In this document: positions 46,901-58,900 of the stretch, in pieces
Layout: each line of letters begins with the position of its first letter
How positions within the stretch are numbered: the first letter of the stretch is position 1
Origin: Mobula hypostoma
Lineage: Eukaryota
Assembly (NCBI RefSeq): GCF_963921235.1
Contig: NC_086118.1
Span: 4,836,001-4,900,000, forward strand
Direction of reading: 5' to 3'
Length of the DNA: 64,000 nt
Notes under the pieces: model-generated
Told to the model about the DNA's origin: nothing
Seen by the model: only the letters and a program-made list of their open reading frames with translations
The model's database searches: none
Position numbers and translations under genes: made by a program

Positions 46901-49900
46901 CTTTGGTGGCAAGAACAGGACGGCAGATTACTATTTGAATGGTTTTGGGAACAGCTTCTTTCCAACTGTGATAAGACTGCTGAAGGGATCCTGACCCAGA
47001 TCTGGGCCGTACCCTCCAAATATCCAGACCTGCCTCTCGGTTTTTTCTGCACTACCTTACTTTCCGTTTTTCTATTTTCTTTGTGATTTATAATTTAAAT
47101 TTTTAATATTTACTATTGACTTGTAATCCAGGGAGCAGGAAGCGCAGAATCAAATATCGCTGTGATGATTGTATGTTCTATTATCAATTGTTTGGCGACA
47201 ATAAAGTATGAAGTATAAAGTCAAGTTAGGAAAAGGGGAAATACAATGAGATCTTGGTGTCCTTGTTCATCAGTCACTGAAAGTAAGCATGCAGGTACAG
47301 CAGGCAGTGAAGAAAGCTAATGGCATGTTGGCCTTCATAACAAGGGGAGCTGAGTACAGGAGCAAAGAGGACTTTCTGCAGTTGTACAGGGTCCAGGTGA
47401 GACCACACCTATAGTCATAGTCATACTTTATTGATCCCGGGGGAAATTGGTTAATTTCCTGGAGTATTGTGTACAGTTTTGGTCTCCAAATGTGAGGAAG
47501 GACATTCTTGCTATTGAGGGAGTGCAGTGGAGATTCACAAGGTTAATTCTCGGGATGGTGGGACTGTCATATGTTGAAAGGTTGGAGCGACTGGGCTTGT
47601 ATACACTGGAATTTAGAAGGATGAGAGGGGATCTGATTGAAACATATAAGATTATTAAGGGATTAGACACGCTAGAGGCAGGAAACATGTTCCCGATGTT
47701 GGGGGAGTCCAGAACTAGAGGCCACAATTTGAGAATAAGGGGTAGGCCATTTAGAACGGAGTTGAGGAAAAACTTTTTCACCCAGAGAGCTGTGGAATGC
47801 TCTGCCTCAGAAGGCAGTGGAGGCCAATTCTCTGGATGCTTTCAAGAAAGAGTTAGATAGAGCTCTTAACGATAGCAGAGTCAAGGGATATAGGGATATG
47901 GGGAGAAGGCAGGAACAGGGTACTGATTGTGGATGAGCAGGCATGATCACAGTGAATGGTGATGCTGGCTCGAAGGGCTGAATGGCCTACTCCTGCACCT
48001 ATTGTCTAAAAGAGTGACTATCTACCCCGTCTGTTCCTCTCTGCCTCTTATCTTCCAGTGAGAATAAACCCAGCCTATCCAATTATCCAACCTCTCCTCT
48101 ATAACCACAGGCTTCCATTTTCAAGCAACAACCTGGTTAATCTCTTCTGCACTTTCTAATGCTGCCGTATCCTTCCTGCAATGTGACCAGAGTAGTACAC
48201 AATGCACCAAGTTTTGTCCAGCTGCAACGTGACATTTTGACTTTGGTACATTGTGCTTTGTCCTGTGAAAGCAAGCTTGTTGAATGCTGCCTTAATTCCC
48301 CTTTCACCTGTATTGCCACTTTCAGAGAACTATGAACTTTCCTGCAGTGTCCCTTTGCGTATCAACCCTACTGAAATCCCTGCTTTTGACTCTGAATCCT
48401 CTATTAGTGTTTGAAATGTGTTCAGTTCTGGTTGCCTTATTATAGGAAGGATGTGGAAGCTTTAGAAGGGTGCAGAGGAAACTTACTGCATTGCTGCCTA
48501 GATTGGAGAGATAGGTTGAGCAGGGTGTGACTTTTCTTTCTTGAGAGAAGGAGGATAAGTGATTTGATAGAGGTGTACAAGATGATAAGAGGCACTGATA
48601 GAGTGGACAGCCAAAGACTTTTTCCCTGAGCAGAAATTGCTAATGGGGGTGCCAGAACTTTTAAGCTGTTTGGAGGAAAGTATAGAGGGGGAGTCATAAA
48701 TAGTTTTGTTTTATACAGTGGTAGGTGTGTGGAACTCATGCCAGGTGTGGTGGTAGGGTCAGATACGTTAAGGACATTTCAGAGACTCCGATAGGTACTT
48801 AAGAGACTCTGAGATAGGCACATTGATGAAAGAATAATGGAAGGCTATGTGAGAGGGAAGGGTTTGATTGATCTTGAAGTAAGTTAAAGGCCTGTAGTGT
48901 GCTGTATTGTTCTATGAAATTCCAAAATTCATCACCTTACACTTGTCTGGATAAAGTTCTATCTTCAACTGTTCTGCTCAAAATTCCATCTGCTCTCTGT
49001 TCTGCCCAATCTGTTCACAGTTGCCTTCATTATCTACTACTCCACCAATCTCTTTTTTTTTAGCAGACTTAACAATGCACCCATATCCTCATCCAGGTCA
49101 TATACATAAATGACAAGTAACAGTTCTAATACTAACCCCTGCAGTACACCACTAGTCACAGATTTTCAGTTACGGTTGGAATTTCCCACCAGCTTCAAGA
49201 GGGCAACAATTATACCAGTGCCCAAGAGGAGTACTGTGAGCTGCCTTAGTGACTATCATCCAGTAGCACACACATCTACGATGATGAAATTATTTGAGAG
49301 GTTGGTCATGGTCAGAATCAACTCCTGCCTCAGCAAGGACCCGACCCTCTGCAATTTGCCTATTGCTGCAGTAGGTCTACAGCAGATGCAATCTCAATGG
49401 CTCTTCACACAGCCTTAGATCACCTATGTCAGGACGCTGTTCATTCACTATAGCTCAGCGTTCAACACCATCATTCCTACAGTCTTGATTGATAAGCTAC
49501 AGAACCAGAAGACCTAGAGTTTGAGGAGATTTACAACTTGGACCAGTCCGCACACCTCGTGTGTCTTGAATTTTAGGGTCAGAACCCATGATGTCTGCTT
49601 ATCCACTTACTTACTAAATGCACTGCAGTTAAAATTATACAATAGTGCTAGAAAGTTTGTGAACCCTGCATATAAAAAAAAATCTCTTTCTGCATAAATA
49701 TGGCCTAAATGTGATCAGATTTTCATGCAAGTCCTAAAACTAGATAAAGAGAACCCAATTAAATAAATAATAGAAAAGAAACATTATACATGTTCATTCA
49801 TTTAGTGAGAAAAATTATCCAATATTGCATGTACTTATTGGGAAAAGTACGGGGGTAATGCCTTCTATAACAGCTATTTGGAGTCGGGTGTTCCAATCAA

Positions 49901-52900
49901 TGAAACCAGATTAGAGGTGTGGGTTGTCGGGGTGCCCTGCCCTAATAAAAAATACACACATCAGGTTACTGCCAGAGCATGTTCTTCTCAAGAAAAATCT
50001 GTTTATGTACACCATGCTTCAATCAAAACAACTTCCAGATGACCTTAAAAGAAGAATTGTAGAGATGCATGAAGCTGAAAGAGGCTACAGAAGCATTTCT
50101 AAAGAGCTGAGTGTTCATCAGTCCACAGTAAGGGAAATTATCTACACTGGAGGCAATTCAGTACTGTTGCTACACTCCCTAGGAGTGGGTGTCCTGCAAA
50201 GATCACACCAAGAGCACAACATGCAATGATGAAGCAGGTGAAGAAGAACCCGAGGGTAACAGCACAAGACCTGCAGAAATCTCTAGAATTGGCTAAAGTC
50301 TCTGTTGAGAGCATTGGTGCAGACTCTTAATAGAGGCTTTTTTCCGGTGGCTGATCAGGCATAGCTATACAAGAAACTGAATCCATGCAATGTCATGAGA
50401 CCTTCAGTGGTCTCTATTGGTTTACTTTCTGAATTGACAAGGAGTTGTATGATGTATTGTGATTTTGGGGGAAATTTTATTCAGCTTTTGCCTCTCTGAC
50501 TTGCAGGTGTTTCTTCATTGCTCAGTCTTATGTGCTCGTAAAAAAATGGAGTGAAGCTCTGGTTCTATATGAGCGAGTCCTTAAATACACTTCGGAGGCA
50601 CAGACCCAGACTGCCAAATTGCCGAGTATTTTACAGGTACAATGTTGCCAAATCTACAAAGACTGGCCACAGACAATTTCTAGTGTTGATTTGGACTTGA
50701 AATGTGTTTTTAACCACTCTTTTTATAATTACATTGTATTGGTCAAGGTCAGAACTGCATTAAAATTGTTTTTTATTATTCTGTCTGGAGATATTTTTAT
50801 GATTGAATGGTTAACCCCAGAGCATTCAAGGCTTTTGTAATAATTGGCTTTTTTTTTTCTCATGTTTTAATGTATCTTGATGCGTGTAGCCAGATGATAT
50901 CTGAGTCAAGTGTTAAGGTACAATCCTGTTCAATCTGTTCTAAGAATAGTATTTGTAAATGACTGTTGCTAGTCAAATGTTCACCATTTTTATTGTAGTG
51001 GAAATGGTGTTTGCAGGAATGTCATAAAACAAATCACAAAAAAATGCTGTTTAAAATATTAGTTTATAAATGCTGTTTGAAGCGTAATAGTAAGTAATTG
51101 GACAGGATTTACTGGAGTAATGGTATGTTGCTTTTGTGCAGGATCTTCCTGATGTGAAAGAACTAGCTGCACGAGTGAATGCTGAGAAATACTCTGTGCA
51201 GGCAGCTGCTATTTTAGGTGAGTGTGTTAACGTGATTAAGTTGGTGCTCAGTTAAGTATGATGAATATTTACTGTGGAGCTGCAAGTAGCGTTTATGTAT
51301 ATGTGCAAGCCATGTAGGGCACAGAGTTGTTAAAGCTGTATTTACAATAGTGTTTGAGAAGTTGTCCCTGTGGGCAATGCAATTTGTCTAATTTTTACAG
51401 GTGTGTATTTGCAATTTTATGTAATGAAGAAACTACTGCGAGTTTGGCTCAGTAGTTTTGGAGAGTTAATGAGGTTATTGGTTGGATTTAATGCACAGGG
51501 AGCTTGGAGAACCTTTGGATAAGACATTCAACCAGTTAAATATTAGGACTAGCAAGTCTTTATCACCCTGAACATAATTCATTAATTATAAGACCTTGTC
51601 TATTCTTGACTTGTATCTGAGGCAAAGGCATACTGTTTGCAATAACAACATACAGTTTTGCCAGAGTAAAACTTTTGATTATATCCTGTTCACTAACGAG
51701 ACCTGCTTCCACATTCTAATATCGGTTTTCTCAAATCAATCGCTGAAGTCCTTATTGGTGAAGAACCCTCCCTGCAGTTGACTGATCAGAGTATTTCTAG
51801 TTCTGTTCATAAATATCTTCTGACTGTTAAGTATTTTGACCCTTCTCTATTATTTCCACATCTGTCCTACCCTGATTATTTATTTAGTGAAACAACGCAA
51901 AGTAGGCTTTTCCAATCTCTCTCTAAAGGTGCTGCCTGGCTTGCTGCATTTTTCTGGCACGTTCTGGACTCGTTTTCCATTGCTCTTTTAGCTGGAAATT
52001 GCCTTGCACCTCTTATTTTAAAAAAAATGTGAGGTCACCAAACAGAATAAAAGAAAACCAGAGCGACAGAAGATGCTGGGGGGAGCTCAGTGGCATCTGT
52101 GCAGGGGTTTGGACAGTATTTAAGGTCTGATGGTTCAGATGAAAGTCTTGACCCATTTCCCTCCTCAGATGCTGCCTGGCCCACTGAGATCTTCCACCAT
52201 TTTTGTTGCAGATTCCAGTGTCTCAATATCTTTTATCTCCAAAATAGTTTCTTGTAATGGTGAGAGGTTGAAAGGTGTTGGTGTTCAAAGGAACATAGAA
52301 AACCTACAGCACAATACAGGCCCTTCGGCCCACAAAGTCCGTACCTTAGAAATTACTAGGGTTACTCATAGCCCTCTATTTTTCTAAGCTCCATGTACCT
52401 ATCCAAAAGTCTCTTAAAAGACCCTCTTCTATCCACCTCCACCACCGTTGCTGGCAGCCCATTCCACGCACTCACCACTCTCTGCGTTAAAAAAAAACAA
52501 CTTACCCCTGACATCTCCTCTGTACCTACTCCCGAGCACCTTAAACCTGTGCCCTCTTGTGGCAGCCATTTCAGCCCTGGGAAAAAGCCTCTGACTATCC
52601 ACACGATCAATGCCTCTCATCATCTTATATACCTCTATCAGGTCACCTCTCATCCTCCGTTGCTCCAAGGAGAAAAGGCCGAGTTCACTCAACCTGTTTT
52701 CATAAGGCATGCTCCCCAATCCAGGCAACATCCTTGTAAATCTCAGCACCCTTTCTATAGTTTCCACATCCTTCCTGTAGTGAGTTGACCAGAACTGAGC
52801 ACAGTACTCCAAGTGGGGCTGACCAGGGTCCTATATAGCTGCAACATTACCTCGGCTCCTAAATTCAATTCCATGATTGACGAAGGCCGAGACATATACG

Positions 52901-55900
52901 TGAATCACTGAAAATGTTCAAGCCGGTCCAGCGAGCAGTTAAGAAGGCAAACCATCTATGGATCTGTATTGCTGGAGAATTTCAGTTCTAGAGTAAAGAT
53001 GTCAAATTGAATTTATATGTGGCCCTGATGAGATTTACACCTCGAATATTATTCGTTTCAAGATGATTAAAAAACTGTTGTAGGAACACAGCAGGTCTAT
53101 CTAGTCTGAGTTAACTTTATTTACGAATCTTCTCTACTTAAGGAGCAGTGCTCTCAGGCCAGTGGCACTGCAACCAGGCTGATTCCTGGATGGTGGGTTT
53201 TCTCCTTTTGAGGTGGGATTAAACAGCTAGGGGCTGTAAAATCTTATGGAGTTGAAAAGAATAATGTTGAAGCATGCAAAAATCTTATGGAGTTTGATAT
53301 GGTAGATGCAGGGATAATATTTCCCAGGATTGAGTGTCTAGAACCATCATCACAAAATCAGAGTTTGGCCATTCAGGATGGAGGTGGGAGAAGTTCTTCA
53401 CTCAGTTGGGGGTGAATGTGCAGAATTCTGTATCTAAGGGGCCACGGAGGCTCAATGACTCCGTATATTCTAGGTGAGATTGATGTTTATTTATATTAAA
53501 GTAATCAGGAAGGGTGGAATACCCTGTTCCTATTTATTTTCTAAACTTCTTTCATTCTAAACTCTGCTACCAGCATCCTTTCTTGCTCCAGGTTTCATTT
53601 GTTGCCCCTGTTCTCACTGACATACATTGATTTCCAAGTGTGGTAGTCCCTCATTTCTAAAGGTCTTAACCTGCTTTAAAATCTTTTATGACATTGCTCC
53701 TCCCTTTCTGGATAGCCTCTTTTATCCCAACCATCCTTGGCTCTCTGCACTCCTCCAAATCTGGCACGTTGCACATCCGAGGTGGCTTCACTGTTAGAAT
53801 TTGTGACTCCAGGGCTTGTGCCTTCCTTCAAATTCCTTGTCACTGAACATTGTACTGGAGTTGTTCGCAGAATGTAATGGGAGTTTTAGCTTTATGTAGT
53901 AATGAAGAGAGTGAGAGTTCCTGACTGTCTGCATAACGAAAAAACTAATTAATTCTGACTGAAAGAATAACTGGAATTTACACTCAGCTCCAGAGGATGA
54001 CTGAAATGTCAATATTATCTGTACCTAGGAGGGAACATCTAGATGTTTTGGATAATATACTGCCAGAAATATTGCCACAGTATATTATGTAGCCGATGAT
54101 TGCTTTACTGTGTGCCTGTTAAAGGGTTTTTTGACGCCTTGTACCCTTATCTTCCCCTTTGCCACCCAGACACTGAGGACATTGCTGACAATGTGTCGCA
54201 GCATCAGGTCAAAGACAGTAAGGTACGGAATTTCCTTCCATGTTTTGGGAGGCTTTCTTCTCTGTTTTTCCTGCACTGGTATGAAAAGTTGTGAAATCAA
54301 TAGTTATTTCATTAAAATTAACTGAATCAGGTGTTTGGCACAGAATGGCATTAATGGAAGACTGATACAAATCTATTTAGTCTATTTTAAAATTTTAGTT
54401 GGTGGGTTTTGTTGTGATGCCTTGGTAATGCTATGTATTATTTATTCATTGGTGGATTAAAGTTTAATTTGGGGGCACAAATTTAAGACTTTCATAACAT
54501 TTCCAAGGGATCTTGAAAAGAGGTCACACTGCAACTGTATGTCGGATCCCACATGGCCGATCAGCAGTGTCAACAGAGCTCTACCAAGAGCTGTTTCTTG
54601 CTCCCTTTTTATTTAAAAAGGGAGCTTCGAGGGCATTTGTCCATTGTATGTGGCCTATCAGCGGCGATAGCTGAGTTCTACGAACTAAATAAAAGTACAG
54701 AAGGGATCAGCGGGGCGGCCATTGTCAGGAGTAGGCCAGTGGCAAATGTAGAAACGGCAAGCTTTGGCTCAAAAGAGGCTTTGGATAGGAAGAGGTGTTG
54801 GCTGTGTGTAAAGCGTCTGTTAAGGTTTCCTTTTTGTTTTTTTTCTCTTACTGTACCATTTAAATGGCTGTGGTGTGCTCTTTGTGTCGGATGTTGCAGA
54901 ACTGGGAGACCCAGAGTCTCCTGGGGAACTACATCTACGTGAAATGCTTCTGGCTGCAGCTCCTCGAAGACCGTGTTAGGGATCTGAAGCAGCAACTGGA
55001 AGACCTTCGGCTTTGCCGGGAGAGCGAGGATATAATTGGTGGAAGTTACAGGGAAATGGTCACCCTGAAGTTGCAGGAGGTGAGTAGCTGGGTGACCGTC
55101 AGGAGAAATGGAAATAGGCAGTTAGAGCAGAGCACCTTTGTGGAGGATGACCGGGTTACAGGCACCAAGCATGGGTCCGTGATGCAGAGGGGAAAGAGAG
55201 AAAAGAAGGGAACGGTAGTGATAGGGGACTCTATAGTGAGGGGAACAGACAGGAGATTCTGTGGACGTGAAGGGGACACCCTGATGGTATGTTGCCTCCC
55301 AGTTGCCAGGGACGTCTCAGATCGTGTCCACAACATTTTGGAGAGGGAGGGAGTGCAGCCAGATGTCTTGGTACATATTGGTACCAGTGACAAAGGAAGG
55401 AAAAGCAATGAGGTCCTGAAAAGAGAATTTAGAGAGCTAGTGAAAGCTGAGAAGCAGGACCTCCCGGGTAGTAATTTCTGAATTGCTGCCTGTGCCACAC
55501 GCTAGTGAGGGTAGAAACAGAATGGTCTGGCAGATAAATGTGTGGCTGAGAAGCTGGTGCAGGGGGCAGGGCTTCAGGTTCTTGGATGATTCACTCCTGG
55601 GGGAGGTATGACCTGTTCAAAAGTGAAAGGTTGCACCTGAACCCAGGGGGGGCAATATTCTTGTGGGCCATTTGTAGAGCTGTTGGGGAAGGTTTAAACT
55701 AACTGGGCAGGGGGGTGGGAACCTTAGTGAATGGATTCAGGATAGGACGGATGGTAAAAAAATGTAAAGATAGCATACAGTCAGATTGTCAGGAAGGACA
55801 GGCAAGTGATGGGACTTAATTGCAGCCAACAGGGTGAGGTATCAAATCATTAGGGATGCAGAATCAGAAAGGACAGCAAATACAGTACTCAAGGTGTTGT

Positions 55901-58900
55901 ATCGAAATGCATGTATTAAATGCAAGAAATAAGGTGGATGATCTCAATGCAGTATTACAGATTGCCAGGTATGATGTTGTGGCCATCACTGAATCGTGGC
56001 TGAAGGATGGTTGTAGTTGGGAGCTGAATGTCGAGGGTTACACGTTGTATTGGAGGGATAGGAAGGTAGGCAGAGGGGGTGGTGTGGCTCTACTGGTAAA
56101 GAATCACATCAGATCAGTCGAAGGATGTGACATAGGATCAGAAGATGTTGGATCCTTGTGGGTTGAGTTAAGAAACTGCAAGGGTAAAAGGACGTTGATG
56201 GCAGTTATATGCAGACCTCCCAACAGTGGCTGGGAGGTGGGCCACAGGTTACAACAGGAAATAGAAAAGGCGAGTCAAAAGGACAATGTTATGGTAGTCA
56301 TGGGAGATTTTAACATGCAGGTCGATTGGGAAAATTAGGTTGGTAATGGATCTCAAGAGAGTTTGTTGAATGTCTAAGAGAATTTTTTAGAGCAGTTTGT
56401 CATTGAGCCTACTAGGGGTTCAGCTATATTGGATTGAGTGTTACATAATGAACCGGAGGCGATTAGGGAGCTGAAGGTAAAAAAAAAACCCTTAGGAATA
56501 TGATTGAGTTCAACTTGTAATTTGATAGGGAGAAAGTGAAGTCTGATGTAGCAATATTTCAGTGGAGTAAGGGAAATTACAGTGGTATGAGAGAGGAGTT
56601 GGCCAAAGTAAATTGGAAGGAGATGTTGGCAGGGGTGACAGCTGAACAACAATGACTGAGTTTCTGGGAAAAATGAAGAAAGTGCAGGACAGATTTCAGT
56701 TCTGGGCACCTCACTACAGGAAGGATGTGGATGCCATAGAGAGAATGCAGAGGAGATTTACAAGGATGTTGCTTTGATTGGAGGGTGTACCTTATGAGAA
56801 TAGATTGAGTGCACTTGTTCTTTTCTTCTTGGATTGACGGAGGATGAGAGGTGACCTGATGGAGGTGTACAAGATGATGAGGGGCATTGATCGTGTGGAT
56901 AGTCAGAGGCCTTTTCCCAGGGCTGAAAAATGACTAACACAAGGGGGCATAGTTATAAGGTGCTTAGAAATATGTACAGAGAGGATGTCAGGGGTAAATT
57001 TTCACTCAGAGAGCGGTGGATGTGTGGAATTTACTGCCAGAAAGTGAGGAAGATGCAGGACATGTCTATTCCAAAAATGAATAAATACTCAAATGGTAAA
57101 ATAGCACAATCGTGGCTGACAAGGGATGTGAAAGCTATTGTAAAAGCAAAAGAAAGGGCATACAACAAAGCAAAAATTAAAGGGAAGGTGGAGGATTGGG
57201 AAGTTTTGAAAAACTGCATTAAAAATTATTAGAAGGGGAAAGATGAAATATGAAAGCAAGCTAGCAAACAATATCAAAGTGGATAGTAAAAGCTTTTTCA
57301 AGTATGTAATAAAGAAAGAGAAATGAGAGTGGACATAGGACCGTTAGAAAATGAGGCAGGAGAAATAATAACAGGGGACAAGGAGATGGCTGATGAGCTA
57401 AATGAGTATTTTGCGTCAGTCTTCACTGTGGAAGACACCAGCAGCATGCCTAATGTTCTAGTGTGTGAAGGAAGAGAAGTGGGTGCAGTTACTGTTACAA
57501 GAGAGAAGGTGCTCAAAAAGCTGAAAGAATTAAAAGTACACAAGTCACCTGGACCAGGTGAACTGCACCCTAGGGTTCTGAAAGAGGTAGAGTTAGAGAT
57601 TGTGGCGGCATTAGAATGATCTTTCAAAAATCATTTGACTCTGGCACAGTGCCAGAGGACTGGAAGATTGAAAATATCTCTCCATTTTTTAAGAAAGTAG
57701 GAAGGCAGTGGAAAGGAAATTATAGACCAGTTAGCCTGACATTAGTAGTTGGGAAGATATTAGAGTCATTTGTTAAGGATGAGGTGATGGAGTACATGGT
57801 GACACATGACAAGATGGTACAAAGTCAGCATGGCTTAGTTCAGGGAAAATCCTGCCTTACGAACCTGGTGGAATTCTTTGAGGAGATTACAAGCTTTTGG
57901 AAAATCAGATCACTCTTCGATCCTGCTTTTGCCAACATACAGGCAGAAGCTGAAACAAGAGGCGGCCATAGTCAAAACCGTCCACTGATGGTCCGACCAA
58001 TTGGCCTCCATGCTACAGGACTGCTTTAATGATGTTGACTGGAACGTCTTCCATGATGAGAATGTCTCGGAGTTCACGGATGGAGTCACGTGCTTCATCC
58101 AGAAGTGCATCAACGATGTTGGCCCCAGAAGTCGGACAGGGTCTTCCCGAACTAAAAATTCTGGATCTATAGTTTCACGCGAGCGGCACTTAACCGCGCA
58201 ACATAAAGCTTACATTGCCGGCAATTAGCTGGAGCTCAGGAAAAGCGGCTGAGCTCTACACAAAGTTATCAAGGCTGCGATGCTCTCCCAGATGAGCTCA
58301 ATCGCTTTTATGTTCAGTTCGACTCTGAGGAAAGTTGCTGCTACAACCTGCAACCTGGTCATCTCTGAGGCCGAGGTACGTAGACGTTTCCAGCGAGTGG
58401 ACAGTGGCAAGCTGCAGGACTGGACGGCTTCCCAGGGCGAGTACTCAGGATGTGCGCAGCACAACTGGCAGGTGTGTTTACTGACATTTTTAATCTTTCC
58501 ATCTCCCAGTGTAGAGTGCCTTCCTGCTTCAAATTATCCACCGTTCTCCCTGTACCAAACAAGACCAAGGTAACATGCCTGAACAACTGGTATCTTGTCG
58601 CACTCACACTCACCTTAATAAGCAAATACTTTGAGAAGCTGGTCAAGGGTTCCACCTACAGCTGGCTACCACCCAAACTGGACTGCCTACAGTTCACCTA
58701 CTGACACTATCGATCGACAGATGACCCAATAGCCACTGCACATACCGTCCTTACACATCAGGAAAATAAAGATGCTTATGTGAGAATGCTGTTGTTGGAC
58801 TACAGTTCAGTATTCAATACTATAGTTCCATCCAGGCTTGACAGGAAGCTCAGAGACCTCGGCCTTGACCCTGCCTTGTGCAGCTGGATCTTGGGCTTCC

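Larger units (their letters stand above)
45210..48010 (+). mobile_element. CR1 LINE RT-3' end containing three nested insertions
   Basis: [46 protein letters not shown]. Confidence 0.88.

Noticed and set aside
54864-56338. Esterase-like and endonuclease-like ORFs as host genes
   Set aside because: They are CR1 ORF1 and ORF2 remnants with frameshifts and stops.
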